From Mogibacterium diversum (GTDB lineage Bacteria > Bacillota > Clostridia > Peptostreptococcales > Anaerovoracaceae): a stretch of 32,000 nucleotides of DNA. The position numbers and the translations under genes were made by a program. The notes under the pieces are model-generated. The model had not been told where the DNA came from and did not search any database. It saw only the letters and a list, made by a program, of their open reading frames with translations. The DNA is taken from the NCBI RefSeq assembly GCF_002998925.1, contig NZ_CP027228.1, positions 50,717-82,716 of the forward strand, written 5' to 3'. This document shows, piece by piece, positions 17,793 to 26,625 of this stretch. The number at the start of each line of letters is the position of its first letter. Position 1 is the first letter of the stretch.

Positions 17793-18880
17793 TGGCAAAA
17801 TCAGATAAAAAGAAAACGGGCACTCGCGGCAAGAACAGACGTGATGCACACGGAGTGTATCAGAGACGCGCGGAGAGAGGAAAAGCAGCGTTCATACCTT
17901 ATGATGGAGATCCTGCGGAAGAGTTCCGTAGCAATACTGAGCGGAACACAGGAAGACCTAAACGTACTAGCGGTAACGCTGGAGGATACGGTAGTTCACA
18001 GCGTAATGGCAACTCAGGGAGTTATAGCAATTCTCAGCGCGACAGAAACTCAAGCAGCCGCCCGCGAGATAACTACAAAAATACATACCGCAGCAGTGAA
18101 TGGGACAGACGTGGCGGCAGCTTTGCTGAGGAGCAGAGTGCTCCAGCCGCGAATCTGATAGCCGGCCGCAATCCGGTAATCGAAGCAATCAAAAGCGGCC
18201 GCGAGATCGAAAAGATTTACATGGCGGCAGGAGCTGAGGGCTCCGTCGTAAAAATCAGAGCTATGGCTAAGGATGCCGGCATAGTGGTGGATACAGTTCC
18301 TAGAATAGTGCTTGACAGAATGGCTCCAGGGGAGAAGCATCAGGGAGTGGCAGCAGAGATATCTGCATACTCATATTCAACATTTGAAGATATCATGGAA
18401 AGAGCAGCAGACAGTGATGAGCCACCTTTCATCATGGTACTCGACGAGATTTCAGATCCTCATAACCTAGGTGCGATTATCAGAACTGCAGAGTGCGCAA
18501 ACGCTCATGGCGTTATCATTCCTAAGCGAAATGCCTGCGGACTAACTAGCACCGTTGCAAAGACTTCAGCAGGTGCGTTAGAGCGTATGCCGGTTGCGAG
18601 AGTGACCAATATATCTCGGACTATCGAAGAGCTGCAAGCACAGGGCGTGTGGGTAGCAGCAGTGGATATGGATGGAAAATCATATTATGAGACAGAAGGC
18701 GTGATGAAAGGTGCGATAGCTCTAGTAATCGGAAATGAAGGAAAAGGTATCAGCAGGCTCGTTAAGGAGAAGTGCGACCTCACGATATCAATTCCGATGA
18801 AGGGCAGCATCAACTCTCTAAATGCATCTAATGCAGCAGCTATTATGATGTATGCAGTTAGACGAAGCAGAGACTGTTAG
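17792..18880 (+). CDS. rlmB: 23S rRNA 2'-O-ribose methyltransferase (RlmB / TrmH group 3) with a basic N-terminal extension of about 120 aa
   Basis: SpoU substrate-binding region (GRNPVIEAIKSGR) and SpoU motifs (DPHNLGAIIRTA, VIGNEGKGIS, IPMKGSINSLNASNAAAI). The ATG overlaps the folA TAA by 1 nt (TAATG). There is no in-frame ATG between 17792 and the catalytic core. Confidence 0.88.
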   Translation: MAKSDKKKTGTRGKNRRDAHGVYQRRAERGKAAFIPYDGDPAEEFRSNTERNTGRPKRTSGNAGGYGSSQRNGNSGSYSNSQRDRNSSSRPRDNYKNTYRSSEWDRRGGSFAEEQSAPAANLIAGRNPVIEAIKSGREIEKIYMAAGAEGSVVKIRAMAKDAGIVVDTVPRIVLDRMAPGEKHQGVAAEISAYSYSTFEDIMERAADSDEPPFIMVLDEISDPHNLGAIIRTAECANAHGVIIPKRNACGLTSTVAKTSAGALERMPVARVTNISRTIEELQAQGVWVAAVDMDGKSYYETEGVMKGAIALVIGNEGKGISRLVKEKCDLTISIPMKGSINSLNASNAAAIMMYAVRRSRDC

Positions 18881-18927
18881 CCGATTATATTTACGAGTTG
18901 TATAGCATTAAATATCAAGGAAAATGC

Positions 18928-18962
18928 TTGACATTGACATCTGTACAGCGTATTATTATAAG
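18928..18962 (+). promoter_or_regulatory. Tandem overlapping promoters for rpmG-secE-nusG
   Basis: TTGACATTGACA at 18928-18939. The first TTGACA pairs with TATTAT (18951-18956) and the second with TATAAG (18957-18962), each with a 17-nt spacer. Confidence 0.55.
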
Positions 18963-19064
18963 GCTACTTTATGAATTCACGACAGAGCTTGCGAGGCGGG
19001 CTCTGACTTTTGAGTTGAGAGAAGCAATTAGCTTACATATATATTTGCAAAGGAGGTCATCACC

Positions 19065-19214
19065 TTGAGAAACAAGATTACACTAGCATGCACAGAGTGC
19101 AAGCAGAGAAACTACAACACAACTAAGAACAAGAAGAACAATCCTGATAGAATTGAGCTTAGAAAGTTCTGTAAGTTCTGCGGTAAGGAAACACTCCACA
19201 AGGAGACTAAGTAG
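19065..19214 (+). CDS. rpmG: 50S ribosomal protein L33
   Basis: Absent from the ORF track. Translation from TTG 19065 (AAAGGAGG 8 nt upstream) gives [49 protein letters not shown]. This is 49 aa with a four-Cys zinc ribbon, and the stop is TAG at 19212-19214. Confidence 0.9.
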   Translation: MRNKITLACTECKQRNYNTTKNKKNNPDRIELRKFCKFCGKETLHKETK

Positions 19215-19227
19215 TCGAGGGGACATC

Positions 19228-19512
19228 ATGGCAAACAACAATGAAACCATATCCAGAGATGGCAAGGATACTAAAGTAGAGAATAAGACCAGTAAACCGG
19301 AACAGCGCAAGGAGCGTAAGGGCATCATTGGATATTTCACTGGTGTTAAACAGGAGATGGCCAAAGTAGTATGGCCGACGAGAGCGGAACTGACCAAGGA
19401 CACTGTAGTTGTTTTTGGTGTGTGCATCTTCTTCTCCCTGTTGTTCTGGGGGATGGATACAGGCTTCTTAGCAGTGCTCAAGAAGCTTCTCGGAATTACG
19501 CTATCGAAATAG
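19228..19512 (+). CDS. secE: Preprotein translocase subunit SecE
   Basis: ATG at 19228, because the track start at 19153 would overlap rpmG. VKQEMAKVVWPTRAEL followed by a single TM helix. Conserved position before nusG. Confidence 0.88.
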   Translation: MANNNETISRDGKDTKVENKTSKPEQRKERKGIIGYFTGVKQEMAKVVWPTRAELTKDTVVVFGVCIFFSLLFWGMDTGFLAVLKKLLGITLSK

Positions 19513-19529
19513 GCTAGAAGGAGATATAC

Positions 19530-20123
19530 ATGACAGATAAGACCGAAAACTTGAATACGGGCGGCACAACGCTGTCACCACTTGAGGGCGAAGGTCTACG
19601 TGGCGATGGTACCGCTAAGTGGTACGTAATCCATACGTATTCTGGTTATGAGAACAAGGTTAAGACTAACATCGAGAAGATGGTAGAGTACAGAGGAATG
19701 CAGGATCTCATCCTTGAGGTTACGATTCCTACTGAGGATAGAGTCGAGATTAAGAATGGCCAGAGAAAGGTCAAGACTAGAAAGCTTTATCCTGGTTATG
19801 TAGTCATCAAGATGATTGTCAACAACGAGACCTGGTATCTAGTGCGCAACACAGAGGGCGTTACGGGGTTCGTGGGTCACGGTTCGGATCCTATTCCACT
19901 AACTAAAGAAGAAGTGGTTAGGATGGGCGTTGAGAAAATGCGCATCGACCTGGATGTTGAGACTGGCGACACAATTCGTATTATCGGTGGACCTTTCGAG
20001 GGCCAGATGGGTATCGTTGAGGATATCAGTCCTGATAAGCAGATTGTTAAGGCAAAGGTATCGATGTTCGGTAGAGATACACCTGTAGAGCTCGAGTTCT
20101 CGCAGGTGGGAAAACTTAACTAA
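19530..20123 (+). CDS. nusG: Transcription termination/antitermination factor NusG
   Basis: NGN domain (KWYVIHTYSGYENKVK) and KOW motif (IRIIGGPFEGQMGIVEDI). AAGGAG Shine-Dalgarno sequence. Confidence 0.95.
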   Translation: MTDKTENLNTGGTTLSPLEGEGLRGDGTAKWYVIHTYSGYENKVKTNIEKMVEYRGMQDLILEVTIPTEDRVEIKNGQRKVKTRKLYPGYVVIKMIVNNETWYLVRNTEGVTGFVGHGSDPIPLTKEEVVRMGVEKMRIDLDVETGDTIRIIGGPFEGQMGIVEDISPDKQIVKAKVSMFGRDTPVELEFSQVGKLN

Positions 20124-20157
20124 CTGGGAGTTATAGTCTCAGAGAAAGGAGAATAAG

Positions 20158-20583
20158 ATGGCAAAGAAGATCGACGGCTATATCAAGCTTCAGATCCCTG
20201 CAGGAGGAGCAACACCAGCACCACCAGTTGGACCTGCCCTAGGTCAGAAGAGTGTCAACATCATGGACTTCTGTAAGCAGTTCAATGCTAAGACTCAGGA
20301 TCAGCAGGGAATGATCATTCCAGTTGTAATCACAGTTTACACAGACAGATCATTCACATTCGTGTGCAAGACTCCACCAGCAGCAGTACTTATCAAGAAG
20401 GCAGCAGGCATTGATAAGGCATCGGGCGAACCTAACAAGACAAAGGTTGCATCGATTACATATGCTCAGGCAGAGGAAATTGCGAAGACTAAGATGCAGG
20501 ACCTCAATGCGGCTACACTTGAGGCAGCTACTGATATGATCAAGGGTACTGCTCGCAGCATGGGAGTTACTGTAACAGAGTAA
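20158..20583 (+). CDS. rplK: 50S ribosomal protein L11
   Basis: [30 protein letters not shown] is a canonical L11 N-terminus. Confidence 0.97.
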   Translation: MAKKIDGYIKLQIPAGGATPAPPVGPALGQKSVNIMDFCKQFNAKTQDQQGMIIPVVITVYTDRSFTFVCKTPPAAVLIKKAAGIDKASGEPNKTKVASITYAQAEEIAKTKMQDLNAATLEAATDMIKGTARSMGVTVTE

Positions 20584-20633
20584 TCAGTGGGAGGCATTTT
20601 TAAGAAATGTCGATAGAACCACAAGGAGGAATT

Positions 20634-21329
20634 ATGGCTAAGAAAAGCAAAAGATACAGCGCAATCATGGAGTCGTTCGACAAGACACAGACTTATGATG
20701 TTGCAGAAGCTGTAAAGAACGTAAAGAGCTTTGCTAATGCGAAGTTCGATGAGACTGTTGAGATGCACATTCGTCTAGGTGTAGACGGAAGACACGCAGA
20801 CCAGCAGGTTAGAGGCGCAACTGTACTTCCGCACGGAACAGGTAAGAGCAAGAAGGTTCTTGTTTTTGCTAAGGGTGCTAAGGCTGAAGAGGCAGAGGCA
20901 GCTGGTGCAGATTATGTAGGCGCAGAGGATCTTGCAGAAAAGATCCAGAAGGAAAACTGGTTCGACTTTGATTCAGTAGTTGCTACACCGGACATGATGG
21001 GCGTTGTAGGACGTCTAGGTAAGGTTCTCGGTCCTAAGGGACTTATGCCAAACCCTAAGTCAGGCACTGTAACAATGGACGTACAGAAGGCACTTGAAGA
21101 GATCAAAGCAGGTAAGGTAGAGTACCGTCTTGACAAGGCTAACATTATCCATGTAATTATCGGTAAGTGCTCATTCACTGAGGAGCAGCTAGTTGAAAAC
21201 GCTAACGCTCTAATCCAGGTTGTTGCTAAGGCTAAGCCAGCAGCTGCTAAGGGTCAGTACTTCAAGAGTGTTACTGTTACATCGACAATGGGACCTGGAG
21301 TTAAGATCAGCACAGCATCCCTAAGCTAA
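20634..21329 (+). CDS. rplA: 50S ribosomal protein L1
   Basis: ATG at 20634 (AAGGAGG at 20623-20629) begins MAKKSKRY. L1-like sequence throughout, and the expected position after rplK. Confidence 0.95.
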   Translation: MAKKSKRYSAIMESFDKTQTYDVAEAVKNVKSFANAKFDETVEMHIRLGVDGRHADQQVRGATVLPHGTGKSKKVLVFAKGAKAEEAEAAGADYVGAEDLAEKIQKENWFDFDSVVATPDMMGVVGRLGKVLGPKGLMPNPKSGTVTMDVQKALEEIKAGKVEYRLDKANIIHVIIGKCSFTEEQLVENANALIQVVAKAKPAAAKGQYFKSVTVTSTMGPGVKISTASLS

Positions 21330-21528
21330 TAGTCGGCCGGTGTTAATAATCGAATATCAACCGTAGACAGTGGGAGCGAAAGCTTAATATCCCACCGAGG
21401 TACAAACATAAATTTGTTCCCCGCTGTCTCGCAGCGGGGTTATTTGTACCGTACTTGGTATTAGCACACAAGACCGAATAGGTTAAACCACAATTATGGG
21501 CACAAACGTGTTCAAGAAAGGAGACCAA
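21330..21528 (+). promoter_or_regulatory. Ribosomal protein L10 leader-like structured 5' region with an attenuator hairpin
   Basis: A 199-nt untranslated gap before rplJ. ccccgctg (21419-21426) pairs with cagcgggg (21432-21439), followed by ttatttgt. An outer pairing joins ggtacaaa (21399-21406) with tttgtacc (21443-21450). The location matches the known Firmicute L10 leader. Confidence 0.55.
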
Positions 21529-22047
21529 ATGTCTGTAGAAGCAAAGAACGCAAAACAGCTAATTATCGATGAGATTAAGGCAAAATTTGACAAATCCATC
21601 TCGATCGTAGTTGTAGACTATCTTGGAATTACAGTAGCTCAGGCTGACGAACTAAGAAAGACTCTTAGAGAGAACGGCGTGAACCTAACTGTATATAAGA
21701 ACACACTTGTAAAGCGTGCTATCGCCGGAACTGAGTACGAAGGACTCGGCGAAGCCCTGAAGGGATCTAGCGCATTCGCATTCTGCGAAGAGGATGCAAC
21801 ATCTTCAGCTAGACTTCTCAAGAAGGCTATGAAGCAGTACAACAAGATGTCATTCAAGGGCGGATACGTTGATGGCTCAGTTTATGACGCTAAGCAGGTT
21901 GAAGCACTTGCAGATATCCCATCAAGAGAAGAGCTTATCGCTCGTTTCATGGGAAGCATCCAGTCACCATTATCACAGCTTGTTAGAACATTCAAGGCAA
22001 TTGCTGATGAGGGTGCAGTTCCAGCAGGAGAGACTGCTGAGGCATAA
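21529..22047 (+). CDS. rplJ: 50S ribosomal protein L10
   Basis: ATG at 21529 (AAAGGAG upstream) begins MSVEAKNAKQLIIDEIK. L10-like sequence in the conserved position. Confidence 0.95.
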   Translation: MSVEAKNAKQLIIDEIKAKFDKSISIVVVDYLGITVAQADELRKTLRENGVNLTVYKNTLVKRAIAGTEYEGLGEALKGSSAFAFCEEDATSSARLLKKAMKQYNKMSFKGGYVDGSVYDAKQVEALADIPSREELIARFMGSIQSPLSQLVRTFKAIADEGAVPAGETAEA

Positions 22048-22142
22048 GCTATTAGTAGCTAACATTTTTTAGAAATTTTACCGATTAATCGGTGTATCGA
22101 GAAGCTGACATTTCAGCAAATTTAGACAAAAGGAGAAATAAA

Positions 22143-22508
22143 ATGGATAAGAATCAGATCATTGAAGCCCTAAAGGGTATGACCATTCTTGAGATCAACG
22201 AGCTCGTTCAGGCTTGCGAAGAGGAGTTCGGAGTATCTGCAGCTGCAGCTGTAGTTGCAGCACCTGCTGCAGGTGGCGGAGAGGCTGCTGAGGAGCAGAC
22301 AGAGTTCACAGTAGTTCTTGCTAGCGCTGGAGACCAGAAGATTAAGGTTATCAAGGCAGTCAGAGAAGCTACAGGTCTTGGACTTAAGGAAGCTAAGGAG
22401 CTTGTTGATGGAGCACCTGCTAACGTTAAGGAGAACATCGAAGCTGGTGAAGCTAACGCACTTAAGGAAGCTCTCGAGGCAGTTGGAGCTACAGTAGAGC
22501 TTAAGTAA
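22143..22508 (+). CDS. rplL: 50S ribosomal protein L7/L12
   Basis: ATG at 22143 (AAAGGAG upstream). Ala-rich hinge [20 protein letters not shown]-terminal domain [27 protein letters not shown]. Confidence 0.97.
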   Translation: MDKNQIIEALKGMTILEINELVQACEEEFGVSAAAAVVAAPAAGGGEAAEEQTEFTVVLASAGDQKIKVIKAVREATGLGLKEAKELVDGAPANVKENIEAGEANALKEALEAVGATVELK

Positions 22509-22528
22509 TTAAATAGCACAACAATTTT

Positions 22529-22563
22529 GGATTGGGCTCCTGATTTCGGGAGCCCAATTCTTG
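22529..22563 (+). terminator. Stem-loop/partial terminator after rplL
   Basis: attgggctcc (22531-22540) pairs with ggagcccaat (22549-22558), followed by a weak T-rich tract. Confidence 0.55.
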
Positions 22564-22718
22564 CTATTTATAAGAGGCTCAATTTCGCTGCAATATCTGA
22601 TTTATCAACATCGGGTATTGCTTTTGTGGTGACGGGCAAGATTATGTGTTTTTTGTAGTTTTTCGATTGCAAGAGTGCGAAAAGTTGCAAAAAATGCATA
22701 ATATGCTCATCTCTGGGC

Positions 22719-22747
22719 TTGAAATATTTACAACCTTACTCTATAAT
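22719..22747 (+). promoter_or_regulatory. Candidate rpoBC promoter
   Basis: TTGAAA (22719-22724), 17-nt spacer, TATAAT (22742-22747), about 50 nt upstream of the rpoB ATG. Confidence 0.5.
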
Positions 22748-22796
22748 AGTAAGTTGCTATGGAGACGTTTTTTCTTAAATAACAAGGAGTGATAAC

Positions 22797-25700
22797 ATGC
22801 CAAAACCTGTAAAAGTTGGAAGGAAAGAACGTATGACTTTTGCGAAAATCAACGAAGTTTGCGAGATGCCAAACCTCATTGATATCCAGACTGAGTCATA
22901 CAAGTGGTTTGTCGAAGAGGGACTAGCCGAAGTTCTGGAAGATGTATCTCCAATTAGGGATACCACCAATACTTTGAGCCTAGAGTTCGCTGACTACTCC
23001 TTCTCAGATACACCTAAATACGATCAGGAGGAATGCAAGGAGCGTGACGCCACTTACGCTACATCTCTGACGGTCAAGGTAAGATTGATAAACAGGGAGA
23101 CTCTTGAGATCAAGGAACAAGATGTTTTCATGGGAGATTTCCCATTGATGACAGAAAAAGGCACATTCATATATAACGGTGCGGAGAGAGCTATCGTAAC
23201 ACAGCTCGTAAGATCTCCAGGACCGTATTTTGAGTTTGATACCGACAAGTCGAATAACAAGCTTTATTCTTCGACTATTATTCCTAACAGAGGAGCATGG
23301 CTCGAGTATGAGACTGACTCGGCTGGCGTTCTATACGTAAGAGTTGATAGAACCAGAAAGCTTCCTCTCACATCGTTCCTAAGAGCGATGGGACTCGGAT
23401 CAAACGAAGAAATCCTCGATACATTCGGTGAAAGTCCTGCTCTCTTAAGAACATTTGAGAAGGATAGCACTAAGAATGCAGATGATGGCGTTAAGGAAAT
23501 ATACAAGAGACTAAGACCTGGAGATCCTCCAACAGTTGAGAATGCTAGGTCTATGGTTAACTCACTGCTATTTGATGCGCGTAGATACGACTTAGCTAAG
23601 GTTGGTAGATACAAGTATAACAAGAAGCTTGGCATCCACAATAGACTAGTTGAGACAATTGCGGCTGAGCAGATTGTCGATCCTTCGACTGGCGAAGTTC
23701 TCGTTGAAAAGGGTGAGTTCATCTCCCGTAAGAGGGCTATGGAAATCGAGGATGCAGGTGTTGCTTATGCATATGTAAACAGCAAGACTGAGGACGATGA
23801 GGTAGTTAAGGTTATCGGTAATAACTTCGTTGACCCAACTAAGTATATCGACCTAGACCTTGCTCCATACAAGCTGTCAGAAAAGGTTTACTACCCAGTT
23901 CTGATGGAGATTATCGAAGAAGCAAACGGAGATGAGGATGCACTGAAGGCTGCTATTGCTAATCGCAAGAACGAGCTTTCACCAAAGCACATCATCCACG
24001 ATGATATCATCGCATCTGTGAGCTACTTCCTAAACCTATCCTATGGAATCGGCGAGACAGATGATATCGACCATCTCGGTAATCGTAGACTGAGATCAGT
24101 TGGAGAGCTTCTGCAGAACCAGTTCCGTATTGGATTTGCAAGAATGGAAAGATCTGTTAGAGAGAGAATGACTACTGAGAATGCAACTCCTCAGCAGCTC
24201 ATCAATATTAGACCTGTAACTGCAGCAGTTAAGGAGTTCTTTGGAAGCTCTCAGCTGTCACAGTTTATGGATCAGAACAACCCTCTTGCAGAGCTAACAC
24301 ACAAGAGAAGACTTTCCGCACTTGGACCTGGTGGTCTTTCGAGAGAAAGAGCTGGATTCGAGGTGCGTGATGTTCACTATACACACTATGGCAGAATGTG
24401 CCCAGTAGAGACACCAGAAGGTCCTAATATCGGACTTATCGGATCACTAACTACTTATGGCATCATAAACGAGTATGGATTTATCGAAACCCCATACCGT
24501 AAGGTTGATAAGGAAACTGGCGTTGTAACTGAACAGGTTGACTATCTATCTGCGGACGATGAAGAACTGATGATTGTAGCGCAGGCTAACGAGCCTCTCG
24601 ATGCTGAAGGTCATTTCGTTAACAACAAGGTTGCAGTACGAGGTGTTAAGGGCGAGATCACGCTCGCTAAAAAAGAAAGCGTCGACTACATGGACGTTTC
24701 TCCTAAGCAGGTAGTTTCTGTTGCTACTGCGATGATTCCGTTCCTTGAGAACGACGACGCTAACCGTGCGCTGATGGGATCTAACATGCAGAGACAGGCT
24801 GTACCACTACTCGTTACTGAGGCTCCTTACGTTGGAACTGGAATCGAGTACAAGGCAGCTTGCGATTCTGGAGCAGTACTCCTTGCAAAGGCAGCAGGAA
24901 CTATCGAGTTTGTTGATGCTCAGTACGTAAAGGTTCGTAGAGACGACAATGGTGAACTTGACGAGTATAAGCTACTCAAGTTCAAGAGATCCAACCAGGG
25001 AACTTGTATCAACCAGAGACCTATCGTTGCGTGCGGCGAACACGTTGATGCAGGAGAGGTTCTAGCGGACGGACCATCGACTAACCTCGGTGAGATTTCG
25101 CTAGGTAAGAACCTTCTGATCGGATTCATGACATGGGAAGGATACAACTACGAGGACGCTATCATCCTCAACGAGAGACTTCTAATGGACGATGTTCTAA
25201 CATCGCTACACATAGTTAAGTATGAGTGCGAAGCTCGTGATACAAAGCTTGGACCAGAAGAGATTACAAGAGATATTCCTAACCTCAGTGAAGAGGCGCT
25301 CAAGGAGCTCGATGAGAACGGAATCATCAGAATCGGAGCAGAAGTTAAGTCGTCCGATATCCTCGTAGGAAAGCTTACACCTAAGAGCGAGACAGATTTA
25401 ACTGCAGAGGTTAGAATGCTTCGTGCAATCTTCGGTGAGAAGTCCAAGGAAGTAAGAGATACATCTCTCAAAGTTCCTCACGGTGAGACGGGTATTGTCA
25501 TCGACGTGAGAGAATTTACAAGAGAGAATAGCTCCGAACTCCCACCAGGGGTAAATAAGATTGTAAGAGTTTACATAGTTACCAAGAGGAAGATCAACGT
25601 TGGAGATAAGATGGCTGGTCGTCACGGTAACAAGGGTGTAATCTCCAGAATTCTTCCAGAGGAGGATATGCCATTCAAGGAAGATGGTGAGACATTACAG

Positions 25701-26612
25701 GTAATGCTCAACCCGCTGGGTGTACCTTCCCGAATGAACGTTGGACAGGTACTCGAGGTTCACCTAGGACTCGCAGCTAAGACAAAGGGCTGGTATATTT
25801 CAACACCAGTATTTGACGGTGCTAGTGAGAATGACGTAATCAATTTACTTGATGATTGCGGATACCCTAAGACAGGTAAGCTCAGACTGAGAGACGGTAG
25901 GTCTGGAGAGTACTTCGACAACCCAGTAACTGTAGGCTACATGTACATGCTCAAGCTGCACCATCTTGTAGATGATAAGATCCACGCTAGAAGTACAGGT
26001 CCTTACTCGCTAGTAACTCAGCAGCCACTTGGTGGTAAAGCTCAGTTCGGCGGACAGAGATTTGGAGAGATGGAGGTATGGGCGCTAGAGGCTTATGGAG
26101 CAGCTTATACACTTCAGGAAATACTAACAGTTAAGTCTGACGATATCATCGGACGTGTTAAGACTTACGAAGCTATCGTAAAGGGTAACAACATTCCAAA
26201 GCCTGGAATTCCAGAGTCATTCAAGGTACTCATTAAGGAGCTGCAGGCACTATCGCTCGATGTTAGGGTAATGTCCGGTGATAATAAGGAAATCAAGCTC
26301 AAGGATACATCTGAATTCGACGAACCTGCTTCAGTAGATCGTATGCTCAAGGAAGCTGATAGACGTACAGAGGCTATGCACGAGCGCGAACGTGAGCACG
26401 AAGAGGAACTTCGTCTAAAGCAGAATGAGGATGATGAGTTCGTTGAAACGGCAGACTTCGATGAAGAGCCAGATCTAGATATTCTGAATACACTTTCAGC
26501 AGCACTTGGTGTCGATGAAGATGTACCAGCTATCCTAGATGACGATGAGGAGCCAGAGATGGTAAGCCTTGACGAGATAATTGGCACAAGCGACGAAGCT
26601 ATTGATGAATAA
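22797..26612 (+). CDS. rpoB: DNA-directed RNA polymerase beta subunit with an acidic C-terminal tail of about 100 aa
   Basis: Conserved beta-subunit segments (e.g. [38 protein letters not shown]). 1271 aa. AAGGAG Shine-Dalgarno sequence. Confidence 0.98.
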   Translation: MPKPVKVGRKERMTFAKINEVCEMPNLIDIQTESYKWFVEEGLAEVLEDVSPIRDTTNTLSLEFADYSFSDTPKYDQEECKERDATYATSLTVKVRLINRETLEIKEQDVFMGDFPLMTEKGTFIYNGAERAIVTQLVRSPGPYFEFDTDKSNNKLYSSTIIPNRGAWLEYETDSAGVLYVRVDRTRKLPLTSFLRAMGLGSNEEILDTFGESPALLRTFEKDSTKNADDGVKEIYKRLRPGDPPTVENARSMVNSLLFDARRYDLAKVGRYKYNKKLGIHNRLVETIAAEQIVDPSTGEVLVEKGEFISRKRAMEIEDAGVAYAYVNSKTEDDEVVKVIGNNFVDPTKYIDLDLAPYKLSEKVYYPVLMEIIEEANGDEDALKAAIANRKNELSPKHIIHDDIIASVSYFLNLSYGIGETDDIDHLGNRRLRSVGELLQNQFRIGFARMERSVRERMTTENATPQQLINIRPVTAAVKEFFGSSQLSQFMDQNNPLAELTHKRRLSALGPGGLSRERAGFEVRDVHYTHYGRMCPVETPEGPNIGLIGSLTTYGIINEYGFIETPYRKVDKETGVVTEQVDYLSADDEELMIVAQANEPLDAEGHFVNNKVAVRGVKGEITLAKKESVDYMDVSPKQVVSVATAMIPFLENDDANRALMGSNMQRQAVPLLVTEAPYVGTGIEYKAACDSGAVLLAKAAGTIEFVDAQYVKVRRDDNGELDEYKLLKFKRSNQGTCINQRPIVACGEHVDAGEVLADGPSTNLGEISLGKNLLIGFMTWEGYNYEDAIILNERLLMDDVLTSLHIVKYECEARDTKLGPEEITRDIPNLSEEALKELDENGIIRIGAEVKSSDILVGKLTPKSETDLTAEVRMLRAIFGEKSKEVRDTSLKVPHGETGIVIDVREFTRENSSELPPGVNKIVRVYIVTKRKINVGDKMAGRHGNKGVISRILPEEDMPFKEDGETLQVMLNPLGVPSRMNVGQVLEVHLGLAAKTKGWYISTPVFDGASENDVINLLDDCGYPKTGKLRLRDGRSGEYFDNPVTVGYMYMLKLHHLVDDKIHARSTGPYSLVTQQPLGGKAQFGGQRFGEMEVWALEAYGAAYTLQEILTVKSDDIIGRVKTYEAIVKGNNIPKPGIPESFKVLIKELQALSLDVRVMSGDNKEIKLKDTSEFDEPASVDRMLKEADRRTEAMHEREREHEEELRLKQNEDDEFVETADFDEEPDLDILNTLSAALGVDEDVPAILDDDEEPEMVSLDEIIGTSDEAIDE

Positions 26613-26625
26613 TTAAGGGGGAAAC

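Noticed and set aside
17841-18158. Alternative-frame + strand ORF (105 aa) inside the rlmB N-terminal extension
   Set aside because: It has no Shine-Dalgarno sequence and no recognisable domain, and it ends just where the RlmB core begins. The rlmB frame is needed to supply a start codon for the conserved methyltransferase core. Only translation data could revive it.
20584-20633. Possible L1-binding operator (gugggaggc) in the rplK-rplA spacer
   Set aside because: The resemblance to the L1 rRNA/mRNA site is too short and is recalled imprecisely. I cannot support it without a covariance model.
26165-26587. 140-aa Ser-rich antisense ORF at the 3' end of rpoB
   Set aside because: It is the reverse complement of the GAx-rich codons of the acidic RpoB tail, which gives runs of Ser codons. 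This is a compositional artefact.
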